Source of the DNA: Chromera velia
Taxonomy: Eukaryota
NCBI GenBank assembly: GCA_018398765.1
Contig: JAHBMJ010000355.1
Location: 62,001 to 126,000, forward strand
Reading direction: 5' to 3'
DNA length: 64,000 nt
The notes under the pieces are model-generated. The model was not told the origin of the DNA. It did not search any database and was given only the letters and a program-made list of their open reading frames with translations. Below are positions 39,086-51,330 of the stretch, in pieces (position 1 is the first letter of the stretch; every line of letters starts with the position of its first letter). The translations under genes and the position numbers were made by a program.

Positions 39086-40128
39086 CCAAAAAGAAATTTT
39101 ACGACCTACGCATAATGTCTTTTGTTAGAATACTGATCGACATTATCGAATAATAGGCTGAATGATACTGAATCGAACAGGCACTATAACTAGATCTCCA
39201 GAACTCTAAGTTAGTCCCATATATGGGAATGCGGCATGCATGACAAAACCCTCAATTATCAGTTAGACTCTTGTAAAAACACTGAAAAGCAAATGTCTTA
39301 AAAAGATTTTTTTTTCTGTTTTCAACAAAAAATACGAGTAGAAAAAATATAGAAAAAGCAATTAAGTACATAGACAAAAAAAAAAAAACTAATCATTTGG
39401 TTTAAAAAAACAAAAAAAGTGAATCATTCTAATATGATTCTATGATGATCATTTTTATTTGTAGCCTAGTATAACCCCCTTTTTTTGTAACAATTTTTTT
39501 GAAGTACATAAAAGATGTAATGCATTGTATTAGCGGGAAGGCCCTAGAGCGGAACATATCAATCAATCAAATCAATCAATCAAATCTTATCTACTTAATA
39601 TATTTTATTTTTACATATATTTACTTTGACACTGGTTTTTCTAATGAGAATTTTTTGTAAAGTTCTGAGTCGGCGTGAACACCGGTGACGAGAAGCCTTA
39701 GGATGAGCTGAACTTCGCGCTACTGTGTTCTTCGATTTCGTCTGAGAAAGAGAAGAAGAATGAGCATTCCTTTGTGATCTCAGCAGATATTCTGAAGACG
39801 ACGAGACATGTAACCAGTTCAAAAGAGAATGAAAGGAAGAAAGGCAGGAAGGCACTGAGAAGAGGTACGCACAGACTACCACATGTGCTTCTGTGTGCAA
39901 TGGAATGCAGGGGGAAGATGTACTTTCGAGGTTTGAAGGATGAAAAGAAGATGAAGAGACAGAGATGCACGTTCTTCACCATTTGCGACAAAGATGGAAA
40001 GAGAAACACATGCGAGGGGATCGGCGGCAGCTGGTGTTCTCGGGGCAGGCAGTCATGCTCGTCGGGTATAAGCGAACAGAGACGGAGGAGAACATGCCGA
40101 CAAACGTCAAGGAGTACATCCATGCGAT

Positions 40129-40129
40129 G

Positions 40130-40160
<31 letters not shown>

Positions 40161-40223
40161 CCCAGAGAGAGAGGGAGAGAAAGAGAGAGAAGGAGAGAGT
40201 CTTTGACACACACAGACACACAC

Positions 40224-40267
<44 letters not shown>

Positions 40268-40515
40268 ACATACACACATACATGCGCACGCACATACCAT
40301 TCACATACACAATCACGCACACAAACGCAAATGTGTACAGATCGTGCACAGCACACGCACATGTTCAGAAAAGCAAGAAGAGATGTTTATAGATATACGG
40401 AGAGAAAGAGTGAGCGAACGAGCCAAAGAGAAAGGGAGGGAAACAGAGAGAAAAAGAGAGAGAAGAAGAGAGAGAGGGAGAGAGAGAAAAAGAGGGACGG
40501 AGGGAGGGAGGGAGG

Positions 40516-40553
<38 letters not shown>

Positions 40554-40837
40554 CTCAGCTAGAAAGAGACGAATGACACGTGTAAGTCCAGAGGGATATG
40601 CCTCAGTGTTGATGTTCCTCCTTGGATGCTTTGTACTGCACCTGACGAATGCAATGTAGCAAAAGAAGTACGTGCGACGGACGGAGGCAAAGAGAGGGCC
40701 GAGGAGACAGAAAGAGGGATAGAACAACCAGAGCAACAGAAAGAGTTCATCACATACTGACGCACACTGTCGACTATTCAAAGGTGTATACGGCGCGCGT
40801 GGGAGCTAGTTTCACAGGCTGACATATGCACGCGGGG

Positions 40838-40875
<38 letters not shown>

Positions 40876-41006
40876 NACACACACACACACACACACACAT
40901 GCCCAGAAAGAGAGGGAGAGAAAGAGAGAGAAGGAGAGAGTCTTTGACACACACAGACACACACGGACACACACACATCCACCCACATACACACACACAC
41001 ACACAC

Positions 41007-41077
<71 letters not shown>

Positions 41078-41080
41078 GAA

Positions 41081-41119
<39 letters not shown>

Positions 41120-41177
41120 CACATACATACACGCACATACACATGGAGAGCGAGCGAGAGAGAGAGCGAGAGAGAGA

Positions 41178-41220
<43 letters not shown>

Positions 41221-41270
41221 AGAGAAAGAGAAAGAGAGAGGGAGGGAGGGAGAGAGTGAAAGAGAGAGAA
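40129..41270. repeat. Compound (CA)n/(GA)n microsatellite block containing a gap N (40876) and a duplicated ~130-bp segment (about 40131-40260 and 40877-41010)
   Basis: catgcccaga.agagagggagagaaagagagagaaggagagagtctttgacacacacagacacacacggacac occurs on both sides of the N. Confidence 0.8.
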
Positions 41271-42132
41271 TCTCATGCTTGCCTCTACTGCCTCGGAAAA
41301 ACAGTGTCACTCCGATTCGTCTCCTTTCCGTGGGTCTTTTTGAAGAAACACAGACGATTTTGAAGGAGAGTGAGCGAATGCACATGAAAATGAAAACGCC
41401 CCTGCTCTGACACATCCTGATTTGGTGAAGAGAAGTGAAACAGGGATGGAGACGGGGAGACGGATGATCGAACGAGAGAATGTCAAGAAGAACCCCAAGT
41501 TTCCCCAGTAAGTGGGGACCCCGTTTGTTGGCAAGAAAAAAAATGCCTTGGTGAAAGAAGTGGATGTTTTAGAGAACTGAGTGGAGCTCTCCCATGCCAA
41601 AGATTGCCAAAGTGACATAAAGTGATGCCGCAGGCGGTTTTTGCAAACCGCTGCCATAGAGCGGGCCCACCAAAGACCCCGGCTCTGAGTGAGTCGGTCG
41701 GGCCCACTACGGCGTGTGGACAAATGCGGAAAAAAGTGCGGACAAAATATGTGCTCACGTACTGTATTAATTGAGGGGATGCCGGGGCCGCGCAGGCATG
41801 CAATCACAGGATGCATGTGTCTAAAACAACACAGCTTGGTCATGCACTGCGTAATTAACTCCACTCCTTAGTGCTTCGATTCCCACTTTTCTTTCCTTCT
41901 TGAAGTTCCACTAGCCTGTGTGTCAGAACAAGCGAAAACAGCCATGCCTGGAGACAGTCTTGCGTATGTATAACCGACCGTCCATCAGTCCTTCCGCAGT
42001 GCAGTTGCAGTCATTGGCAGACTCTCGAGAAGATCATCCTAACTGGACCTCTCTACCTACAGACTCTCTGAGCTCCCTCGATTGCCCCTCCTACATGCAT
42101 TGGCCGTGTTGTGTTCATTGACAAGACCCAAC

Positions 42133-44945
42133 ATGCTTTCACAGTGGAACATTTTCCACCATCCCCCCGTCGAACAGCTTCTTGCTGATGTCCAGGCAAG
42201 GGGATCAGATAAGCTGAACATCTCTGCACAGATTGCTCGGATTGTCTCTTCCTCTTGCTCTGTCGAGACCGGGCCTTCTTGAAACTCTCCAGAGGCTTCT
42301 TCAGGACAGTGGAGAGGCTGCAAATGATGGGCGCGAGGGAGCCCTGAGGGTGCTCGACAGCCTGTGCAGACTGGATGCTCGGTGAGTCTCTGCTTTTCTG
42401 CCTTCCTGTTTTGACAACCCGTTGCCTTTTCTTCCACCAGCTATCACTAGCTCCCTTTTCTGACTGCTGGTGCATCCATTCGTTTTCTCTCTTGCGTTCA
42501 TAACACGTGTGTGTCTACTCTTCAGCATGACGTGCTCCTGTCTCTGCGATTTGTGTTTTCGTGCTCCAATATCTAGCTAGACAACCGAGACAGAAACAGA
42601 CAACATTTCTTCCTGTTCTAGTTGCGAGTTTGTATGTTGACAGCTTGTTTCCTTCTGCTGCCTGCAGCTCTACCCCCATTTTCGTTGCCGTCTGTGCCGA
42701 CAACCTGCCCCTCTTGCTTGACCTCCTGTCCGACAAGGTGAGACCCGTCCAGCTTGCCGCAGAAGCTCTGCTGAAGACGGTCGCGAAGTCAGACTCACTG
42801 GCCCGTGAATACTGCCCTGCCCTCCTTGTGAGCAAGGGTCTTCTAAAGCCCCTCTCATCGTCCTTATCTTCCCCTTATGAGGTCATCCGAGACGTGATGT
42901 CGAATGAGTACTTCCTCCCCTGCAAGCTCATCAGGCAGGTTCTCAGTGCCTGCCAGTCAGCAAAGAATTGGCAAACAAAGCAGGGTGCGCTGACCTTCCT
43001 TTCCAGCCTTGCCACGGGGAGGGAGAAGGTTGCTGCACAGGTGACTATCTCCCTCCCCTCCATCGTTCCTGTGCTCTCGCACATGGTGCACGATGTGAAG
43101 CCTGAGGTGGCTGAGGCGGCAAAGACCTGCTTGAAGGTTTGCTTCTCTGTCGTGGGAAATGAGGAGATCGCCCCGTTCGCTCCTCTTCTCGTCTCCTGTA
43201 TCGTGAACCCCCAGGAGACCGTCGAGCACGGAATCGAGATGCTGCATTCTGCCACTTTCTCTGCCGAGTTCAGAGAGCCTGCTCTTTCAGTCACTCTCCC
43301 CCTTCTCAAGGTCAGTCAGCAAGCCTGCGCCCCCCCCACAATTCACTTCTTTGTTTTGATCGGCCCGGTGCGTGGAGGACCCTGGTGTAGGTGGTTCGAT
43401 TCCGTCGTCCGCTGTTTGTTGGGGAAAATTCGGTTTGGTCAGGGGGGTCTCAGTTAGGCCGGCTTTCTCGATTTAATTGTGGGTTTGTTTTGTTAATTTC
43501 CTTCTTTCGTCGGTGGTGCTTCACTTGATAGGCTGCACTGCTTCCGGGGTGTCTGGAGAGTCTCATTTTTGAACGCTTGGATGTCTGTTTTTATTTTACT
43601 TTATTTCCTTTCTGAAAAAGAAAAGAAGAAAAGCAAGAAAAAAAGAAAAGAAGAAGACCATGTAGTCTGTCAAAAGAAGAACATATAGTCTGTTGGTGGA
43701 AACAGACGGCATTGGCCAACTGCATGATTTGTCAAACAAGTAGTCGACGGCTCTTTTCCTCTCCTCTCCTCAGTTTGCTTCTGGAATCATTTGAGGGAGG
43801 GTAAAAATGGTTTCATAGTGATTTTTCTGTTGAATTGTTTGCGCAAGGTCACTACATGGCTGCTCGACTTGTCCCTCCCCGCTCTGTTCTTCTTTGGTTG
43901 CTCTACTGCGTGCAGAGAGCGCTCCGTGAGGGCACGACCACGATTCGGGAAAAAGTGGCAGTCATCATTAAGAACATGTGCCAGCTCATCAAGGAGCCTC
44001 GCGAGCCCTTTCTGTTCTTTGCCGAGATTTTTCGAGAGCTCGAAAAGGCGTCCCTGGCTACCTGCACTCTTGAGAAGCTTCTGGCAGGCAGCGACGGTTG
44101 CAAGGAAATATCTCTGTCGGTACTCAACGCGCTGTCACAGTGCACGTCGGATGATTGGTGAGTCTCTGTTTTTCTTTCTTCCCGTTTTGACAACCCGTTG
44201 CCTTTTCTTCTATACTAGCTCCCTTTTCGACTGCTGGTGCAATCAGTCGTTTTCTCTCTCGCATTCGGACAACATGTGTGTCCAGTCATTAGCATGTTCT
44301 TGTCTTTGCGATTTGTGTTTTGGTGCTTGTGAATGATCTTTAAATTTCTTCTCAGAGAAACGACACGGAAACAGACAACATGTCCTCCTTACCGAAATAA
44401 AATGAATGTATTTTTAATTATTTGGAATAAATGAATAAATTTCATTCATGCAAGAAACAGACAACATTTCTTTCTGTTCTAGTTGCGAGTTTGTATGTTG
44501 ACAGCTTGTTTCCTTTTGCTGCCTGCAGCTCTACCCCCCCCCCTAATTGCCTTCTGCGTTGACAACCTGCCCCTCTTGCTTGACCTCCTGTCGGACAAGG
44601 TGAGACCCGTCCAGCGTGCCGCAGAGGCTCTGCTGAAGACGGTCACGGAGAGTCTGAACGCCAACGCACTGAGGTTCCCCCACCTTGTGATTCCGAACAT
44701 CCTCACTGCCTGCCGCTCTTCGAAGAACTGGCAGACCACGCTGGGTGCTTTGAACTTCCTTTCCAGCCTCGCAACCGGCACTGAGGAGGTCGCTGCTCAG
44801 GTGTCCCATTCCCTTCCTCTCATTGTGCCCGTTCTCTCTGAGACTGCACGATGTCAAGCCTCAGGTGGTTGAGGCTGCCAAGACCTGCCTGAGACGCTGC
44901 ATTGCTCTTGCAAGCAATGAGGACACCCCCTTCGTTCCTTCTTTC
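42133..44945 (+). pseudogene. eEF3 (elongation factor 3)/New1/GCN1-like HEAT-repeat N-terminal domain, internally tandem-duplicated, frameshifted and truncated; no ABC cassettes present
   Basis: Exons about 42133-42381, 42668-43310, 43916-44157 and 44529-~44945. Translation NWQTKQGALTFLSSLA..QVTISLPSIVPVLSHMVHDVKPEVAEAAKTCL..NEEIAPFAPLLVSCIVNPQE..ATFSAEFREPALSVTLPLLK/RALREGTTTIREKVAVIIKNMCQLIKEP follows the eEF3 HEAT pattern as I recall it. Frameshifts at about 42272 (GAGACCGGGCCTTCTTGA) and about 44845. The second copy repeats DNLPLLLDLLSDKVRPVQ..NWQT..HDVKP and the preceding intron. Confidence 0.75.
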
Positions 44946-45020
44946 TCCAGCGGCGGTTTTTACCTACACGGAAAGCGAAACACGAACGATCGGACTGCAG
45001 ACATAGAGGAAAGGTCAGAA

Positions 45021-45824
45021 TGCGGCAGAGTCAGTACGTGTTTTGTCTGCTAGTGTTCTTTTCGTTTTCCCCCTTTGTTTTCCATTTGCTTTGAGAGAGG
45101 GTCGCGTGACTGATTTTGGCGGCTTCCTGATTAAGTCCCTCGCTTGTCCCGACCTCTCGTATGCATGATTGAGTTTGCTTTCGGAGTTAGGGCTGGGGTT
45201 CTGGACGCTCGTTCCCACGTGCGCCGCGGTGATCGAGTTAGTAAGGCCTTCGAATAAGTCCGAAAGCGCGAGCCCCCGTGTAGTCGAAGGGGCGAGCCAA
45301 GTAGTGGTGACGCTGCTTGAACGCAACCCTTTTTCCAGTTAGGGGCTGCAAGCCACACGGAGGAACATGAAGCAGGGGGTGAGGGGGTAGCTAGACATTG
45401 AGAAAGCCGATTAGAGAGAATGAGGACAAGAAGGAGTCAGGCCATTTAGTAGTCAGCTCTTAGTCAAGACACTTCAGGTAGGCTTACTTATGTCGAGCTC
45501 AGTTAGGTTTAGTTAGGGCAAGTAAGTCGAGTTAGTGTAAGTTTAGTTTCAGCTTTAGTTTAGTTTAGTGTTTAAGCTTCAGTTTAGTTTAGTGTTTAAG
45601 AAGCAGTTTAGTTTAGTTTAGTGTTTAAGGTTTAGGTTAGTGTTTAAAGTTTAGTTTAGTTTAGTTTAGTGTTTAAGGTTTAGTTTAGTTTAGTTCAGTG
45701 TTTCAGGTTTAGTTAAGTTTAGTTTAGTTGAGTCAGCAAGGTAAAGATCAGACGAGTCAGGCGAGAAGAGGTCAGTCAAGAGATGCAAGGGGTTAGGGAT
45801 GTAGAACGCGACTGCTCTGTCTCA
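45021..45824 (+). mobile_element. Candidate LTR-like element (TG...CA, about 804 bp) containing a degenerate (GTTTA)n array
   Basis: Starts tgcggcagagtcagt after purine-rich agaggaaaggtcagaa; ends gactgctctgtctca (imperfect inverted ends); followed by ttc-TGGTGCGACTC (PBS-like). It lies just downstream of where the eEF3-like sequence stops. No TSD or coding domain recognised. Confidence 0.35.
45500..45730. repeat. Degenerate (GTTTA)n / GTTTAGTTTAGTGTTTAAG tandem array
   Basis: Directly visible. Confidence 0.85.
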
Positions 45825-48019
45825 TTCTGGTGCGACTCTCTCTGTGTCGTTTGCAGCGAGGGGGCGAACAAAAAAACAAAGAAGGAGAAGAAAAAGGACG
45901 AGAACCCCGCGCAGCCTCAGAGTCTGTCAACAAATTCCTCTTCCTCCTCTTCAAACTTGCATTGAACGAGCTTGAATCAGATCGATGGAGATCCGGTCAT
46001 GGGAGGGAAAGAGGGAAGGGGAACAGGCAGCAGCTCTGGCAGCAGGAAGCATGGGGAGTTTCCGCTCTTCAGCAAACAGGTGGATACACAGGCTCTTCAT
46101 TCCTTCCGGTCGGATGGATGCATTGATTCAATGTTTTCGGATCTCTCTCGATTGAGTGCTTTTGCATCCGTCTGTGCGTCCGTCCGTCCGTCTGTCTTTC
46201 TTTTCTTTTTGTCTTGTCATGTTTCTTTGATTGATGCTCTTTTGAAGAATTCGCTGGAAGGAAGGGAGGGAGTAGAGGAAGACGGAGAACAAAAAAAGCG
46301 AAAGATTGAAGCAGCAAAGAAAAAGGCGGAACTTGCACATCACAATTGTCAATGAAAGGAAGACGACAGGACACAATTCAGCAGATCTTTTAGACCCCTC
46401 CCAGTGCTCCCACAAGGTTTTTCTTCTAGAGACGGAATGCTCCGTCCTCCCTCGTCTCGTCTCGTGCTGCTGCTAGAGAGGAACTTTGACCGCGTCCTCC
46501 AGGCAGGCAGGGGGGGAGACAGAAGAGGAGGGTTCGGTGATAGAAGGGGCGGATTTGAGAAGAACGTGTGGAGGGACAATATCAGGGATGAGGGGGACAG
46601 TCATGAAGAGCCTGTGTTATCAATTACGCACATGCACCCATTCTTGGGCAGCGCAAAAAGAAAAAGAGAGGAAAAATGCACTTGCACGCAGCATAGCAAC
46701 ACAAAAAGCCGCAATTTTTGGCAGAGAGTGGGCATGCAGATAGATACCAGAATGGTTTTTTTTTTACCTCCTTTCACTTTCTCCCATGCACTCCCTCTTC
46801 CGTATAGCTCTGCATGCACTTCTCTCTCTTCTGTGACCGTCTCTTCTCTCTCTTTCCCGTCCTCTCTCTTACTCCTTCTCCCACCTTCCTCCAGCCTTTG
46901 TCCCTCTGTCTCAGGGAGGGATCATTGCATGTTTGTGTGCTTGTTGGGAAATGACCGGGAATTAAGGGATGAGAATTAAGGTAGCCAGGAAAGAGGGGGC
47001 CAGGGCGCAAATTCAACCCAGAAAGTTATTGCTTATCTTCTTTCCTGTGTCTTCCTTGGGCAAGGGGGGAGGAGAGCTGAATTGAGCGAACTTTGTGGGC
47101 GGAGCAACATGTCTCTCCTCCGTTTTGTCTGGCTTCCCTGACGGGTACGGGTACGATCACATCGAATTCAAATCGTCAAACGATGTCTGGTCTTTGCTGT
47201 CCTTGACTCGATTTGTTTTTCCCTTTTCTCTCTCTCTTATTGGATTCCCCCCCTCGATCCTTTCCTTACACTACAGGCAAAACCATCTTCCTTCCTGTTG
47301 TCCTTCTTCATCCTTCTTCGTTGTCCATGATCGAGGACACAAGCAAGAGAGCAGAACAGGAAAGCAAAAGACCAGAGAAATCAAAAGATGAAGAACCTCC
47401 ATTCCTTGTTTGGTTCTCTCGACAGTCATCCCTTCCTGTCTGTCCATGAGTCCATGAGGATGGCAGGGCAAGGGAGGGCGACGGAAGGAAGAAAAGAAGC
47501 AGTATGATGGCTGATCGATAGCCTGGCAACCCTCTTTGTCTTCTGCTATCTCTGCATGTATGTGTTTCTGTGTGTAAGTGTTTCAGAGTCGCAGGCTGGC
47601 ATAGAAGAATGGACAGACAGACAGACAGACAGACAGATCTTTGATTGTATTCACAAATCTGTGTGAGAGTACGGCACCTGTTCCTTCCTTCCTTTCTTCT
47701 TTCCTTCCTTTGCGCATTTCGCGTTCCAAGAAAGAGCGGATGTTTCGCGTTCCAATTTTCTTTTTTTGAGAAAAGTGCGCAGCCATGTAATACTAGAAAA
47801 GGTGGACAAGCACCGAAAGAGAGAGATGCCCTGAATCTCTTTTCGCGCCCCTCTTTCTGTTGGGGGGAAGGAAAAAAGAGAAGAGAAGAGGGCAATTCGA
47901 TCGATCGGACTGCTTCCGTCAGCACCCCTTTCTTCTTCTCTCTTCCTCCTGTCTGATCTTTCTCTTCGATCGAGAGAGGTGAGACGAATGAATGTTTGTT
48001 CGTGCACACGTGTGTGCGT

Positions 48020-48051
<32 letters not shown>

Positions 48052-50058
48052 TGTCTTTAGGTCTTGATTCATTCAACCCTTAAGTTCATTCGTGGTCTCA
48101 CTTAGTCGCAGCTGGTGGGTAGGGGCAAAGGGGTTGATGCGAAGGGGGAAGGGAGGGATGGTCTTTTGGATGTTCCCATCGTGTTGGCGTGCATGTCTGT
48201 GTGCCTCTGTCTGTTTTGTCTATCATATAGGCCGGTCTATGATGGAGAACGTTCAGCCAATGCATCCATCCCATCCATCATCCCCCTAACAGGCACGCAA
48301 AATTAATTCGTTTGTCAGATTGGTTCAGCAAATGGGTGAGTGAGTGGAGTGGGTGGGAAAATGGGTGGGTGGCTGTTGCCATACATCTCCTACCTTCCTC
48401 TCCGCTCCCCTTCTGTCGGGCCGTCAGTTGAGAGAGGGAAGAGGGAGAAAGGGGAATGGATAACAAGGACGAACAAGGTCGCACATAGAAAGAGAGTACA
48501 GAAATTGATCAAAGACGAAACGACCAGACTCAGTCACCCGCATGACAGGGAAGAGCTGATTCTTTCCTGACAGCAAGCAAGCTGCCTTCGTGGCAAGAAA
48601 TACAGTCTGTCAGGAGACCTTCGTATCCTTTCATGACGTCTCGATCTCTTTTATCTTTTCTCAACATTCCCCTTTTTCCGTTAATTCTGTCACTTACCTC
48701 GCGGCTTCTCTTCTCTTCCTCTGGCCCTTCCTTCTCCTAGCTCCCGCCTCCTATTCATTTCCTTCCACAGAATGAATCGTCACTCCCTCCCTAGCTGCAT
48801 CATCGGAAGGACAAAGGGATTCATGTAGCTTGGTGATGTGCGTGCATGCCCACCCAATCATCAATCCCCTTTCTTTACCTTTTTCCTTTCGTTCTTTCTT
48901 TCTTTCTTTCTTTTTTTCTTTCTGACTGGCGTGTTGTCTGCCCGATTGACACCTGGACGGTTGCTCGATCGACCGGTGGGTTGCGCAGGCGGGGAATCCA
49001 GTGGGAGCTGTTCTCACTCCTTTCTGATTGGATGCCACGGAATCGGGGTGGACGAATCCTTTTTTTTCTTCTGACAGGAAGCCTTAGGGACCAACCGACA
49101 ATTCGAGTCGCCGTCTCTTGACGTACTCCTGCCTGCCTGACTGAGGACTGCATTGATTGACTGAGGACTGCATTGAATGCATGACCTTGATTGCATGATG
49201 GCATTTGATGCATCACGCAAACAAACAGTGCACGGATCGATGGATCAATGGAGGTGCGCATCCGGTAGAAATAAAGCAATGTGCTAGGCAATCATGTGTT
49301 TAAACGCAGTCTCGCAGGCAGACTGACTGGTGTTGGCTGCACTTCAGTGCATGCGGAGGTGATCATAGATTGGCGGTTGGACCTTCATCGTGCACGAGCA
49401 CAGCCTGCTGACAGCTTTAGACAGCTCATGCATGCATGCAGGCAGAAGATTCAAACAGTGAATCAAACTCGGGGTGTTATCCATTGTGCACTGGCACTCA
49501 TTCACAAGTTGACGGTCAACATATCGGTGGGTCGATGAAGGTTGGTCCGGGACCCCTGGGCGATACACAAAGAGCCGTTTGTCACGTCGAACTTGAATCA
49601 CTTGTCACTCTCTAGGTCACTCTTAGTTACTCTCAATATCTATTTGTAGCGATCGAGCAAGAATGAAATATTAAATGCTAGATTATAAATGCTGTAAAAT
49701 TTTAAATTTCATCATCGTGTTCATTCTATTTTAAAATATTTGCCTAGTTGTCAGAGGAAGAGATTGACTTGCCTGAGATGGTTCAAGAATTCGAAAGAGA
49801 GAAAGAAAAGGTTTTGATGGGACTGAGTTGAATGATTTTCATGCTTCCGGAACCTTGTAATGATTGCGCTGATTTGCATACGCTGATGCTGGGGTCCTTT
49901 CCATTCTTTCCTTTTTGCGTTCTGCCCAGGGATGAACAGAGTTAAGGGGGGGAATGGTTGTTGGGAACAATCTTGGGAACCAGAAAGACTTCATACGCGC
50001 ACGCCGAGCGATAAAGAAAGTGCAAGGCGATGTCAGGCAGTAAGCACCGCGCGCGCAT

Positions 50059-50689
50059 CTAGGGTTGGGCACTAAAGTTTTTTTTATAATATAGTTTGCC
50101 TGAAAAACTTTAAACTTTAACTTTAAAACTTTAAAATAAACATGCAACTATTTATATGTGATAAGTGATTTAGCCATGCCCTTAAGCACTGTCGCCGTTT
50201 TATAACTTTTGTCTCATGCAGTATAGAGGTCGCCCCCGCAAATGGTAAGTGGATCTAGAAGACGTTGCGAGAGAATTTGATTTCATTTATATCGTTATAT
50301 ATCGTTACGGGTAGTTGCGAGCAAAGTTCCGCTGAGTCCACCGTCATTTTCCCCTTGCTCTGCTTCTAACTCTAACTAATTTATAACTTTTCCGCTAACT
50401 TTTCCGTCGCCGATGATTATTTCTGATGTGCATGAACATAAATTTAAACCTGAATAGCTAGCTGAATAGACTAAGCTCCTAGAGTCCTAGTTAAGCTCTA
50501 GGACTGAACTTTTGTTACCTTCTTAGTATATAAGCTAGTTGATATGACTTAAAATTGATTTAATTATGACTGACTTAATTAAAGATTTATTAAAAAACTA
50601 ATTGAAAAATTTTTTTTTAAAATAAAGTCTGGAGGGCAAAAAAAAACTTTAACAAAAAAAAACTTTAAAACTTTAGTGTCCAACCCTAG
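50059..50689. mobile_element. CTAGG-end TIR element (631 bp), 8-bp TSD
   Basis: TIR ctagggttgggcactaaagtttt / aaaactttagtgtccaaccctag; flanks gcgcgcat / gtgcgcat; subterminal aactttaa repeats. Confidence 0.8.
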
Positions 50690-51330
50690 GTGCGCATACA
50701 GAGTGCTCATGCAGTTTGCAATGCATGCATGAATACATTATACATGGAAAAAGAAATACCACAGAAGTGAGTTCACATAAAACGGAATGACAGAGAGACA
50801 GAACAGACATCAGAAAGAGGGACACAAAAAGATACAGAGGTGACATGTATTTAAGTGGACCAATACAAACGAATACGGTAGTACATGCACGACACGTGCA
50901 CACATGCAGTCTGACTGACCGATCGTATCTGTTCTGAGTAGCCAACCTGGAATCTCTCTAGAAGGAGTCGAAAGATGAACGACCAGACGAACAGACCGTT
51001 GCGTAGATACACGTAAGTAGAAGTCGTAGCCCTATACGCTAGCCCTCCGTATGCTCAACAATCTTTAAAAGTTTTCCTAGAAGTTTTCTAAAAAAATAAG
51101 TTTTACGCTTTCACTGCCTTTCAGCAGCTTTCTTACGCAGCTATCAAACTTGAAGTCACGCTGAATTTCTCACTTCTAAAAAAGCTATAAAACTAGTGAC
51201 TTTAAAATTGATTAGTTATTTGACAAATTTAATTGACAGTTCATGAGATTTGAGTATCACCAGACTCCATGTCAAATGGTCTACATGTACAAAGGAACAG
51301 AGCACTTTGAGTTTTTCCAGTATGTCTATT

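Noticed and set aside
40131..41010. Duplicated segment on either side of the N at 40876
   Set aside because: Lies in a microsatellite block at an assembly gap; most likely misassembly or a haplotype/repeat join rather than biology.
39698..41415. Long ORFs rich in CV/HT/RE/SL dipeptides here and throughout the ORF track
   Set aside because: They are translations of (CA)n/(GA)n/(GACA)n microsatellites, which lack stop codons; no protein motifs are present.
45500..45730. Interstitial telomere or CRISPR-like array
   Set aside because: The unit is GTTTA without GGG, and there are no unique spacers; it is a simple degenerate tandem repeat.
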